Shown: piece after piece, positions 51,627-61,752 of the stretch
Numbering within the stretch: the first letter of the stretch is position 1
Layout: every line of letters begins with the position of its first letter
Assembly: GCA_018238155.1 (NCBI GenBank)
Contig: JABCTZ010000036.1
Span: forward strand, 320,001-384,000
DNA: 64,000 nucleotides
Direction of reading: 5' to 3'
DNA from: Candidatus Heimdallarchaeota archaeon
GTDB lineage: Archaea; Asgardarchaeota; Heimdallarchaeia; JABLTI01
Notes under the pieces: generated by a model
Told to the model about the DNA's origin: nothing
The model's database searches: none
What the model saw: only the letters and a program-made list of their open reading frames with translations
Translations under genes and position numbers: made by a program

Positions 51627-52921
51627 AAAAGGAGTCGAAACTACAACTACTAGGATCATTAGCAAGTAAATTGCAGAGCTTGGAGGATATAATACGTTCT
51701 AAGGTTATTACAAAGAATCTTTATAGTTTGCTCAAGATGGTTGAAATGGTAGAACGAGATCCCATAAAGATCGAAACAGTAACCAATTTCTTGGAAAAGA
51801 GGTTAAACAATCATTTTCCAAATAGAGCCATCAAAGTTCTTGAAAACAAATTAGAAAGGGAAATTTTAGATGATCTTGAAAAGCAAAAATTAAAAAAGCA
51901 AATCATTAGTGTAAAACGTTCTTACAAGCTTATAACTAAAATCAAAAATGATGATTTACTAACATTTAATTATACGCCTTTTTTTGATTTCATCATCGGT
52001 TATGATAATCTTTCAGAAAACAAGAAATTTCTGTTAAATGGTGATGGTGAGTCTTGGATAGAGAGATGGCATAGTTATCCCTATCTAAAAGAAAATCCTA
52101 ATAATTTCGTAGTTTTTTGTTTAGGTAGATACTATTCTCTTATGAGTATGAAGCAAATCGATAAGCTAACTGAAACTATTCTCTTAAGGAAAAGCACTAG
52201 TTGGTATAAAAACCTAAACTTTAGCAAACTGCTGAAAATCTTTGCTGAAATCACTAAAGCAGGAGCTCTCATTTCTCTGAATGAGAGTAAAGAGAAGGAA
52301 AAAGAGGAAAACAGTAATGAGAGTTCTAAAGAACACAATCTAATCCCTTTTAGGAGATTTAGACAATTTATTGAGTATTATTTACTTACTGAATATTTTG
52401 AAAATAACAATCAAGGATTTGATCAAAACATAAATACATTTCTATTTGGTGCAGGATTTTTTCTACAGAAAAAACCAGAAAAAGTCGATTTGAAAATTTC
52501 AACCATTTTAGAAATGGTTAAGTGGGATAAACCCAATCAAATAGCTGGATTCCTACTTGGCAAGTTGTTCTCTATATACTCCTATTCTGAGTTTGAGGAT
52601 TTAAATACTCGTTCCTACAAGAAGTTAGCTAAAAAAATTCAACTAGCTGAAATAGGCAATCACCCAGAAATAATGTCTTACATTTTTATGATTGCTTTCA
52701 GAATACTTGCGAAAAAAGATGCAAAGATGGAAAAGGAAACCAAAGGGACGAATAAGAACCATTGGTTATATACAAATGTAAAATACCTAAGTCATATCGA
52801 ATATTACATGAAACTCGTAATAAAAAATGACCTTCTCGAAAATATGAATGATAAATACGAAGATGCATTAACGTTTATGACAGGTTATCAATACTATAAA
52901 AAGAGTGATGAAAATGACTGA
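51623..52921 (+). CDS. Small-subunit protein with three tandem Cas11/Cas8b-CTD-like units
   Basis: ATGA overlap with cas8b; three LG...FxxG(Y/F) motif pairs. Confidence 0.65.
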   Translation: MKKESKLQLLGSLASKLQSLEDIIRSKVITKNLYSLLKMVEMVERDPIKIETVTNFLEKRLNNHFPNRAIKVLENKLEREILDDLEKQKLKKQIISVKRSYKLITKIKNDDLLTFNYTPFFDFIIGYDNLSENKKFLLNGDGESWIERWHSYPYLKENPNNFVVFCLGRYYSLMSMKQIDKLTETILLRKSTSWYKNLNFSKLLKIFAEITKAGALISLNESKEKEKEENSNESSKEHNLIPFRRFRQFIEYYLLTEYFENNNQGFDQNINTFLFGAGFFLQKKPEKVDLKISTILEMVKWDKPNQIAGFLLGKLFSIYSYSEFEDLNTRSYKKLAKKIQLAEIGNHPEIMSYIFMIAFRILAKKDAKMEKETKGTNKNHWLYTNVKYLSHIEYYMKLVIKNDLLENMNDKYEDALTFMTGYQYYKKSDEND

Positions 52922-53861
52922 AAAAGACAATGAAAAAATAATTGAAAAAAGAAAGGAATTAATCTTTCTATATTCTGTTAAGGATGCAAATCCAAATGGC
53001 GACCCAGATGACGAGAACCGTCCTAGGACTGATCTTAATGGATATAACATCGTTTCTGATGTACGGTTAAAACGAACAATTCGAGATTATCTCATTGATA
53101 ACGGTGAATCAGTAATAATAAGACGAAAATACACAAATGAAAATAAAGTCAAGAATATTGAAGGTCTTATTACTGATTTTCTTCAGAAAGAAATTACACG
53201 TGAAAAGATTCTAGATAAAATACCAAAGGAATTTATTGATGTGAGATTATTTGGCTTAATGGCAGCAGTAGAAAATGCCAGTTGTGCTATTACAGGACCT
53301 GTCCAATTTGCCATCGGAAAGTCTTTGAATATTCCCGATATATCAACTCATTCAATAACTTCGGTAATGGCTGCAGGTACTGGTAAAGGTGGTGGAGCTA
53401 TGGGTTCATTCCATGTAGTTGATTACTCTCTGATTGCATTCGAAGGAGTTGTATGTCCAAATTTAGCAAAGATATCAAAGTTAACTCATAGTGATGTCTG
53501 TAAGCTCTTTAAAGCGATCTGGATGGGAACAAAGACAATTAATACAAGAAGCAAATTTAATCATATACCTCAATTGCTTATTTCTGTTAATTCAAATAAT
53601 AGTGAATTCCTTATTGGGGATTTAGCTTATCGATTAAAAATCGATGGAGAAAAACCGAACTTTAGAATTAAGCTTGATGATTTCATCAGTCGCATAAGTA
53701 AATTCGCTGAAGATGGAAAATCACAAATCGAATCAATAAGTTATTGCCAAGATCCTGATCTAATATTAAGTTTTGATGGAAAAGAAGATACTTTCGAAAA
53801 TATTATAGCTAAAATAAAAATTCCTGTCGAAAAAATGACTTTTAACTGTGGTGCTAAGTAA
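52905..53861 (+). CDS. cas7: Type I-B Cas7 (Csh2)
   Basis: NPNGDPDDENRPR, SDVRLKRTIRDY, IDVRLFG, ITGPVQF, TRSK. Confidence 0.95.
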   Translation: MMKMTEKDNEKIIEKRKELIFLYSVKDANPNGDPDDENRPRTDLNGYNIVSDVRLKRTIRDYLIDNGESVIIRRKYTNENKVKNIEGLITDFLQKEITREKILDKIPKEFIDVRLFGLMAAVENASCAITGPVQFAIGKSLNIPDISTHSITSVMAAGTGKGGGAMGSFHVVDYSLIAFEGVVCPNLAKISKLTHSDVCKLFKAIWMGTKTINTRSKFNHIPQLLISVNSNNSEFLIGDLAYRLKIDGEKPNFRIKLDDFISRISKFAEDGKSQIESISYCQDPDLILSFDGKEDTFENIIAKIKIPVEKMTFNCGAK

Positions 53862-54640
53862 TTACTACAAAAGTCATTTGTTTTGATATTTGTGCTCCAT
53901 TTGCTACCTTTCGAACACCAGATACGACAAGGGGATATTTAACATTCCCTTTTCCTCCCCGAACAGCTATAGTTGGTTTCCTTGGAGCCATCATGGGTAC
54001 AAAGAAAAGAAATGCTATCTATTCTAGTAAACACTATTTGTCTAAAACAAGAATTGCTTTGCAAGTAGTAAAGAAACCAAGGATGTTAGCTTATAAGACT
54101 AACTATTTTCGTACAAAAAAAATCATGAATATATCAAAAGGTGCTAAAATATACATTCCAATGGATGTTGAAGACAGAGGCGTACGATCTCCTGTAAATA
54201 TTACCCTTTTACAAGATGTTCACTACAGGTTATTCATAGATATGCCTAAAGAAAAGTATGAAGAACTCAAACGTCGCTTGATAAATCATGAAACCGTTTT
54301 CCCAGTATATCTTGGTCATGCAAATATGAGAGCCTATTTCAATTATATTGGTGAAATCGAAATTAAAGAGAATAACGATAACGAAGTTGAATTATTAAGC
54401 TTGTCTAGAGCTGAGCAAATTAAAAACCTTCAACAAGGTGAATTTACAATTATAATGAGTGTACCATTCGATTATGATTACATAGAGAAAAATGACCGAA
54501 TAGAATTATCTCAATTAGCCAATGTTGTTTATCATATCGAGCCTATAAAAGTAAAATTAGCAATTGCTCCTCAAGAATCTTATAAGATTGTAAAGTCACC
54601 AATTGAAGAACAGCTAAACAAATCATTGGTTTTTATTTGA
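53861..54640 (+). CDS. cas5: Type I-B Cas5
   Basis: Frame extends upstream of the ORF-track ATG through KVICFDICAPFATFRTPDTTRGYLTFPFPPRTAIVGFLGAIMG; VYLG motif; probable ATT start at 53861. Confidence 0.9.
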   Translation: MTTKVICFDICAPFATFRTPDTTRGYLTFPFPPRTAIVGFLGAIMGTKKRNAIYSSKHYLSKTRIALQVVKKPRMLAYKTNYFRTKKIMNISKGAKIYIPMDVEDRGVRSPVNITLLQDVHYRLFIDMPKEKYEELKRRLINHETVFPVYLGHANMRAYFNYIGEIEIKENNDNEVELLSLSRAEQIKNLQQGEFTIIMSVPFDYDYIEKNDRIELSQLANVVYHIEPIKVKLAIAPQESYKIVKSPIEEQLNKSLVFI

Positions 54641-54646
54641 ACAGAA

Positions 54647-57232
54647 ATGGGATTGCTAATGTTTGAAGTTGATACGAATAATGTCGAAAGTTTAAAAGAA
54701 ATTATCTCAATGTTGCTTGAGAACACAAAGATTAAATTAGACCTAGCAGCACCATGTCAAACACTAGTTGAACATACAACTAACATGCTGAAAGCATTCA
54801 AAAGTAATAGTAAGCACTTGATACCAAATTCACATATAATAGATGATGAGTTATGGGTTAAATTAATGCAAATAACAATTATTTTTCATGATATTGGCAA
54901 ACTAAACCTTTTTTTTCAACTCTTTATAATTTCAAAAAGAAAGGATTATGATGAAATAAAGGGAGAGTTTAAAACTATAATCCAAGCTAAAGATAGTTAC
55001 GAGCATCTTTTAGATGTGCGCTTCAATAAAAAATACAGAAGACATACGATAGAATCTGCAATCTTAGCTTACTACTTTCTAACCGAGATTTGCAATAAAT
55101 TATTCAAAGATAAAAACATCATTAGAGTTTTTATGAATGCAATTCTGACACATCATTCAGGGCATATGAAATTACCAGAAAAAATGTCTGATTTAAGATT
55201 TTATTTAACTCGTTTAAGAAGCGGAAATCAGAAAGAACTATGGTCCCTTTTCTACACATTCTTGAAAAAGTCATCTTACCTAATGGATATAGCTAATATA
55301 ATTACCGATATAGAATTAAAGAATCTATTTGAGGAATTCCATGAACGTATTGAGAATGACAGCTCCTTAGAGAGCTATTTTCTTAGGAATGGAATTAAAG
55401 AAATAATAAGAGATATGTTCTTTGATGGAACATGCATCTCTCAAAGCAATAATAGTTCGTTCATACATCTAGTACAATATACTTCATCAGTACTATACGA
55501 TCTTGATGAATGGGATGCAATTACAAATAGGAATACTAACTTGGATTCTATGGAAATTTCTTTCGATATCACTAGAAAAGAAACTAATCAACGTTTAATT
55601 GATGATTACATAAAAGAAAATACAAATGATTCTCCTTTGAATCCAATAAGAGAATCTTTTTTGAAAAACACTCGAGCTCAATTCAGCACAATCAAGATTG
55701 AAGAGAAGAGAATTTTTCGGATGATTGCTCCAACAGGAGCTGGTAAAACACTTAATCTTCTATCCGCGGCATTTAGTTTAAAGGAACAAGTTCATTCAAA
55801 TTACGGTTTTTATCCAAAGATAATCTACGCATTACCATTTATTTCTATTTGTGATCAGATTGAAATGATTCTATCTGAATTGCTAGAAACAACTTCTCAA
55901 ACATCAGAGCTCACAGTTCATCACTATCTCAGTAATTTTCAAAAAGATAGAAGTAATGATATGGAAGACGAATACGATTTCTTATCTCCATATGAAATTC
56001 GGCTTTGGAGGTCAGATTTTATTGTCACAACAACTATTAAGCTTTTCTACACCATTTTGCACTTTTACAAAAACAAAGTTAAAAGATTTCATCGTTTGTG
56101 TAATTCAATAATTATTATTGATGAGTATCATTCATTGCCAATAAAGTACCAGAATTTAGTTAAGAAAGTTATAGAGAATCTTACAAGAAACTTTAATGTT
56201 TACTTCATTATAGCAACAGCAACAGCTCCAGCAATATTTGAAAATACCGAATGCAAGGATTTAGTTGACAACAAACTCTTCATGGAATTGAATAGATATT
56301 GGATAAATTACATCAAAGAACCAAAAACACCGAGTGAGTTTTTCGATTATGTTTCTAATCAGATAAAGATGCATCAAAATGAAAATATAATGATTGTTGT
56401 TAACACACGGAATCTCGCTCGAAACCTATTTCTTCATTTGCAGGGATTAAGTAGCGATGAAACGATTGATAGCGATAACTTATTGCATCTATCCGGTAAT
56501 ATGCTACCGAATCACAGAAAAAGAACTATCAGCGAAGAAATTTTACCTAGATTAAAGAATAGAAAAAATACCATATTAGTTACCACGCAATTAATTGAAG
56601 CAGGTATCGATATTGATTTTGATTACATTATAAGAGAATTATCACCATTTAGCTCGATTGTTCAAACAGCAGGTAGATGTAATCGTCATAATAAGAAAAA
56701 TGAAGATGAAATTCCTGAAATAAGTTTGGTCAAAGTAAAAGATGTACCAAATCCTTATGATCCAATAGATCTTGGGGTTACAATAGAGACACTAGATAAT
56801 CTAAAAGGATTATGTAGTAGCACAAAACTAACTGAAAATTTCATTAGAAAGAACTATCAAGTTTATACTAATGCATTAAACAAAAGAAGAGCAAAGTCTG
56901 ATTTGCTTGTTGAATATAAAGATTGTGAATATGAAGAATTATCTGATAGATTCAAGTTAATCAATGATAGCAATCGTTATCCTCTTGTTATTATCCCCAA
57001 AGAGCAAGGGGCAGATGAAGTAGTTTCAGCTATTCAAAAAGTCAAAGATAAACGTTACATATCGAAAGTAATCTGGGTTAATTCTATATCAATTAGTAAA
57101 AGTCAATTAGTAGATAGATTTAGGAAAAACTTAGAGATGATTGAAGATAAAGACATTGTACTATATATCTTGGATTTACGTAAAAATGAGGATTTCTACC
57201 GAAATGATATCGGATTATATATTGAAACATGA
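54647..57232 (+). CDS. cas3: Cas3 HD nuclease-helicase
   Basis: LVEH, FHDIGK, RH, THH; APTGAGKT, DEYH, TQLIEAGIDID, QTAGRCNR. Confidence 0.96.
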   Translation: MGLLMFEVDTNNVESLKEIISMLLENTKIKLDLAAPCQTLVEHTTNMLKAFKSNSKHLIPNSHIIDDELWVKLMQITIIFHDIGKLNLFFQLFIISKRKDYDEIKGEFKTIIQAKDSYEHLLDVRFNKKYRRHTIESAILAYYFLTEICNKLFKDKNIIRVFMNAILTHHSGHMKLPEKMSDLRFYLTRLRSGNQKELWSLFYTFLKKSSYLMDIANIITDIELKNLFEEFHERIENDSSLESYFLRNGIKEIIRDMFFDGTCISQSNNSSFIHLVQYTSSVLYDLDEWDAITNRNTNLDSMEISFDITRKETNQRLIDDYIKENTNDSPLNPIRESFLKNTRAQFSTIKIEEKRIFRMIAPTGAGKTLNLLSAAFSLKEQVHSNYGFYPKIIYALPFISICDQIEMILSELLETTSQTSELTVHHYLSNFQKDRSNDMEDEYDFLSPYEIRLWRSDFIVTTTIKLFYTILHFYKNKVKRFHRLCNSIIIIDEYHSLPIKYQNLVKKVIENLTRNFNVYFIIATATAPAIFENTECKDLVDNKLFMELNRYWINYIKEPKTPSEFFDYVSNQIKMHQNENIMIVVNTRNLARNLFLHLQGLSSDETIDSDNLLHLSGNMLPNHRKRTISEEILPRLKNRKNTILVTTQLIEAGIDIDFDYIIRELSPFSSIVQTAGRCNRHNKKNEDEIPEISLVKVKDVPNPYDPIDLGVTIETLDNLKGLCSSTKLTENFIRKNYQVYTNALNKRRAKSDLLVEYKDCEYEELSDRFKLINDSNRYPLVIIPKEQGADEVVSAIQKVKDKRYISKVIWVNSISISKSQLVDRFRKNLEMIEDKDIVLYILDLRKNEDFYRNDIGLYIET

Positions 57233-58340
57233 GTTCCCAATAATTGCAGAGAAAATTGATGGGAATTGGTGTTTTTGGTCAATAGAAAACATAACAACCA
57301 AAATTTGTGAAATTGTCGATGAGTTTCCCCATTTAAATGGTTTAGATGAGTCATTAATGAAAGATCTCACTGAGCAATTTAGACTTTTTAACTATATAAT
57401 AAAACCGGATAGAGTAACTAGAGAATATATTCTGGATTGTTGCGACTTGGATTTTTTAAAAAATGAACAAGTAAAAAACGAAGAAGGAATTATAATACCC
57501 TTTCAAGATTTCAAAGATCAACTAAAAGATTATGAAATCAGTAAGTATACAAACCCAGTATATTTAGAGTGTGATTATTTTTGTATAGAAATTATTCCAA
57601 ACTCAGAATCAATTATTTGCAAATATCTAATATTCACAAAATCTAGACAATTATGTAATAATGAATTTAATTGTGATAAGGTTCAATGTATGAATCTCTC
57701 ACTCATATTGGGAATACAATATATCCAAGTGGAGTTTATGTATCAACTTTTTAAAGTTTTTTTTAATCTAAACTTTGAGTTATTTTATAGAATAACTGGT
57801 TATTTTCTAACAGAAAATAAAGAATATCAATCAATATCTTCTGAGGATGACTATGAAGTATTAAAAAATTCAATTGAAAACTTGCCCGATGTTATTTGGG
57901 ATAAAAGCAAGTTTCGGTATGGTTTCCTAGCAGGATACTATTGGCGAGATCAAATAAAGCTACTAAAGCATATATTAGAAATCTTATTATCGATATTTGA
58001 AGAAAAAGAAAAAGAATCGAAACCCACTCAATTTATAATTGAAGCAATAACTGAATTTACTGATAAGATCAACAGTTTTAATGATTTAGAAGAGCTCCAA
58101 AATAAAAGGAACAATCACGCACACATTATATTCGAAATTAACAGTATGTCAGAGTTAAAAGAGACATTGCCTAATAATAACACAAAAGAGATATTTATTG
58201 AGTTTTGTAAAAAACGGGAGTTAAAAGTACAATTACTAGAACTTATTAAGACAATATCAAACAAGCTTTTTAGGAATGACAAACAAGGATTACTTATTAA
58301 ACTTATACAAAAATGTTTACAAAAAAAAGGGACAGTATAA
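57186..58340 (+). CDS. Hypothetical protein with HEPN-like RxxxxH motif
   Basis: LEELQNKRNNHAH with R..H at 58107-58124; start overlaps the cas3 3' end (exact start uncertain); stop lies 3 nt before the cas6 ATG. Confidence 0.6.
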   Translation: MRISTEMISDYILKHEFPIIAEKIDGNWCFWSIENITTKICEIVDEFPHLNGLDESLMKDLTEQFRLFNYIIKPDRVTREYILDCCDLDFLKNEQVKNEEGIIIPFQDFKDQLKDYEISKYTNPVYLECDYFCIEIIPNSESIICKYLIFTKSRQLCNNEFNCDKVQCMNLSLILGIQYIQVEFMYQLFKVFFNLNFELFYRITGYFLTENKEYQSISSEDDYEVLKNSIENLPDVIWDKSKFRYGFLAGYYWRDQIKLLKHILEILLSIFEEKEKESKPTQFIIEAITEFTDKINSFNDLEELQNKRNNHAHIIFEINSMSELKETLPNNNTKEIFIEFCKKRELKVQLLELIKTISNKLFRNDKQGLLIKLIQKCLQKKGTV

Positions 58341-58343
58341 ACC

Positions 58344-59144
58344 ATGTACAATTTTATATTCATGTTGGAAACAAAATCGAATTGTTTACTACCATCTTTT
58401 ACAGGGCAAATAATTCGAGGAGCTTTACTTAGCACGATAAATGAATTTGATGCAACATTTGCAGAAAAACTCCACAAAGGGAATGATATTAGACCCTATG
58501 CTGTTTCACCTCTCATGGGTCATGAGGGAAGATTAAATCGAACAAGAAGAAATGAAATCATTGTTAGCAAAGATAGAACCTATAAGTTTCGCATGGGTAT
58601 TCTTTCAAGTGATTTAGCTGAACAAATGATTAAGATTTCTTTGCAAAATGATAAAATGCGATTGCAACTTGCTGATGCTAAGTTCACTGTTTCGAGTATC
58701 GAAATTAAGAAAAAAACTATAAAAGAACTACTTGACTGTGATGACCAACAATCAAAATTTATTGAACTTTCTTTCCTTACACCCTCATGTTTCAATATAG
58801 CTGGTAAGGATTTTCCCATGAGATTTCCTGATCCTAGATTTCTTTTTATGAACCTAGCTACTTTGTGGAACACTTTCAATGAAGAACAAGTTTTTATAGA
58901 TAGGTCTGAATTTTTTACTTGGCTTGAAAGCAATATTTCAATTAACAGATATAAATTAAGCACTCATAGGGTCTATACAGCTAAGAATACTCCCAAAATT
59001 GGTTTTAAGGGGTTTATTCGATACAGACTTTCAGATGACAATAAATATCAATCATGGATTCATGCACTCGCACAGTATGCAGAATTTAGTAATGTAGGAT
59101 CCAATAGAACTGCAGGGTTAGGGTGTGTTAAGTATATTCGATAA
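58344..59144 (+). CDS. cas6: crRNA-processing endoribonuclease Cas6
   Basis: LH...RPYAVS, FLTP, GFKG, C-terminal glycine loop VGSNRTAGLG. Confidence 0.93.
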   Translation: MYNFIFMLETKSNCLLPSFTGQIIRGALLSTINEFDATFAEKLHKGNDIRPYAVSPLMGHEGRLNRTRRNEIIVSKDRTYKFRMGILSSDLAEQMIKISLQNDKMRLQLADAKFTVSSIEIKKKTIKELLDCDDQQSKFIELSFLTPSCFNIAGKDFPMRFPDPRFLFMNLATLWNTFNEEQVFIDRSEFFTWLESNISINRYKLSTHRVYTAKNTPKIGFKGFIRYRLSDDNKYQSWIHALAQYAEFSNVGSNRTAGLGCVKYIR

Positions 59145-59189
59145 AAAGCAAAAATGAGAACTGAATCAGCAGATGATTAATCGTTTTTT

Positions 59190-59726
59190 CGCTAAACTAC
59201 TCATACAAACTGGTTAAACTTTCATAATTGTTTTCTTGATCTTTCTGCCTGTCTATTAGAAATGCCGTTATGTATTTCTTAAAGAAAATTATCACCTCTT
59301 CTCTTCCAAGCAATTCATCTATAACTTGGAATTTAAAAATATCTTAGATAGAGAAATGAGCGAAGATAATCCCCATTTGTTACAGTTACTTTTTCACTTA
59401 ACCAATCTGTTTCATTTGGTAGATTCAACAACGTCAGATAATAATTAAGATAATTTCTTACTAGTTCAGTTTGTTCCTTTAAATTCTCTAAACTTGGAAA
59501 ATTTATTAATTCTTTACCTAGGAAATCTTTGACAGCTAAATTCTTATATTTTGAATTCAATTTTTGGAATAATTCTTCTTTGAAGTTAGTGTCATTTTCT
59601 CCAATGTATCTAATAAAAAAAATTCATTCTCTTTAAGGCATTTCTCTTTTCATCTTCAAATGATTGAATTTCCCGTTTAATTTCAAGTGCTCTAGGGTTT
59701 CTTTTTCCTTTTTGAATAATTCTCAT
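59190..59726 (-). pseudogene. Frameshifted, truncated host gene next to cas6
   Basis: MRIIQKGKRNPRALE...NFF / IRYIGEND...RSFLYLRYF / KFQVIDELLGREEVIIFFKKY...SLYE*; both shifts fall in T runs. Confidence 0.6.
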
Positions 59727-59940
59727 TTTATCAACTCAGTAAGCATTATAATTGGCAAGAATTGTATAAATCGTTTTTTCTTTCCTAAATTAAGAGGTAT
59801 TTTATATTTCAAGCAAAAAACATTTTGATCTTCACTTGAATTTGAGAAAAAAAGTATTTATTTTTTTCATATATAGTTCAAGATATCATTGTTATCCAAT
59901 TATTTGCATTATTTCGATTTACTTTTTTTGTCTTATTAGT

Positions 59941-61752
59941 TCATTCTTCCTCTTCTTCAGAGTCATTACTGTTTTCTAAATCTCCTTCCCAAAGTTTTTG
60001 CATCTCTTCATTGGTGTGTAGTAATTCTTTCAAAGTCCCTTGAGCTTCTATTTGTCCGTTCTTCATCACAATAACATTGTCTGCTTTGTGTAGAGCAATT
60101 GGTCTATGTGATACTGCTAAACAAGTGGCTCTTTTGTTTTTGGAGAATATTCTTGCCCACAGCTCTTGTTCTGTTTCGACATCTAAAGCACTGGATAAAT
60201 CATCAAATACCAGTAACTCTGGTTCTCGTATGAACATTCTCGCTGCGGCTAATCTTTGTTTTTGTCCTCCTGACAGTCTGACACCCTTTGGTCCAACGAT
60301 AGTATCTAATTCATCATCAAAAGTTGCAATTTCATCTTCAAAGACAGCTAATTTTACTGCTTCATCAATATCAACAGATTCTTTTGGAACATTCAGCAAA
60401 ATATTATCTCGTAATGTTTCACTGAAGAGATAGGGGATTTGAGGTGTGTAAGCTACTTTTGGTGTTTGCATAAAACCGGTTGCGATTGGTACTTCTTTAT
60501 CATTCCAAAGGATTTTTCCACTATCTACTGGAACTAGCCCAAGGAGTGCTCGTAAAAGAGTTGTTTTTCCGGAGCCAATTCGCCCTGTAACTACAGTAAC
60601 TGATCCTTTCTGTATTGTCATAGTAATATCTTTGATTCCCTTCTCAGTTCCAGGATAATTAAAGGAGAGATTTCTTGTTGATAATGATATTAATTTGTCC
60701 TCATCAGTTCTCGTTATTGGTTTAAATTTCTCAAAATCTTTTTTAACATAGATTGGTCCTGGAACAATAATGTCATCAAACTTGACACTGTCTTCTTGAT
60801 CTTGCATGAGATTTTGTATGCGTTCGTAAGATACTTTTGATTGTTGATAAAGTGCAACGATATCTCCCATAAACCAGAGAAAATCGCCGATCCACCATAG
60901 TTGTGCTTGGAAGAAATAGAGATTCCCAATAGAGAAAGCACCAAGGTTCAATTCTCGACCAACGATAATTAATATGATACCCAATCCAATTGATACTGAA
61001 ATTAGATAGATAGAATTTACAAATGAAAGGAAGGTTTGCTCTTTGACTAGTGCTTTTCTTCTAGTATCACATTTAGATCTAAAATGTTCTATAATATTTT
61101 TCTCTGTACTAGTAACTTTGAATGTTTGAATTGACCCGAAAATTTTCCCCAAAGTAGAAGTAACTTCTGAAGTTGCACTCCTGCTATTCTTCCTTAATTT
61201 CTCAAATTGTTTTCTCCAAGCTAACCCTACGGCTAGAATGAGTGCAAATGGAATGAAGATGAAAATGGTTGCTTTCCAATTTATGAAAAACATGAAAGTG
61301 ATACTAGCAATAGCATAGATGATGTATCCTGATCGAAATGCTAATGTTGAAGCAAACCAAGAACCATTGAAAACATCTCCCCGGAAGCGTGAGATGGATT
61401 CTCCAGATGTAAATGGTAAAGATTGTGTTCCCGGTTTTTTAAGTAAAGATTCCATCATATTTTTTCGTATTAGTATTTCTGCTGAATTAAAGAAAAATGA
61501 AAATACAACATCCATGATTGATTTAAACACCAATCCAAGTATATAGAATACTGCTAGAAGAATGAAGAGCATTTTTAGATCTAAATTCAAGAAAGAACCC
61601 TGTGCTGTAGGAAAGATCGTATCAATTAATTCTTGGATAGCAAAATCTCTGAGAAAAATGGTTACTAACCATAGTATCGTTGATGAGATTGTTATTAGCC
61701 AGAACTTTAAACGAAATTTGATAAGTTTGCCGGTTAGATTCCAAGTATTCAT
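59941..61752 (-). CDS. ABC exporter half-transporter (TMD plus NBD), degenerate Walker B
   Basis: GRIGSGKT, LSGGQ, LLVFDD. Confidence 0.9.
   Translation of the reverse strand: MNTWNLTGKLIKFRLKFWLITISSTILWLVTIFLRDFAIQELIDTIFPTAQGSFLNLDLKMLFILLAVFYILGLVFKSIMDVVFSFFFNSAEILIRKNMMESLLKKPGTQSLPFTSGESISRFRGDVFNGSWFASTLAFRSGYIIYAIASITFMFFINWKATIFIFIPFALILAVGLAWRKQFEKLRKNSRSATSEVTSTLGKIFGSIQTFKVTSTEKNIIEHFRSKCDTRRKALVKEQTFLSFVNSIYLISVSIGLGIILIIVGRELNLGAFSIGNLYFFQAQLWWIGDFLWFMGDIVALYQQSKVSYERIQNLMQDQEDSVKFDDIIVPGPIYVKKDFEKFKPITRTDEDKLISLSTRNLSFNYPGTEKGIKDITMTIQKGSVTVVTGRIGSGKTTLLRALLGLVPVDSGKILWNDKEVPIATGFMQTPKVAYTPQIPYLFSETLRDNILLNVPKESVDIDEAVKLAVFEDEIATFDDELDTIVGPKGVRLSGGQKQRLAAARMFIREPELLVFDDLSSALDVETEQELWARIFSKNKRATCLAVSHRPIALHKADNVIVMKNGQIEAQGTLKELLHTNEEMQKLWEGDLENSNDSEEEEE

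Noticed and set aside
57221-57228. ATTGAAAC, the repeat 3' handle, at the end of cas3
   Set aside because: An AT-rich 8-mer inside coding sequence with no flanking repeat similarity; expected by chance.
57141-57232. Possible Cas3-HEPN fusion broken by a frameshift
   Set aside because: Cas3 ends with a normal-looking FYRNDIGL C-terminus and the downstream ORF has its own candidate starts; no evidence for a fusion.
43425-59940. CRISPR-associated transposon or provirus
   Set aside because: No tnsABC/tniQ, integrase, terminal repeats or viral genes are seen, and cas3 is intact.
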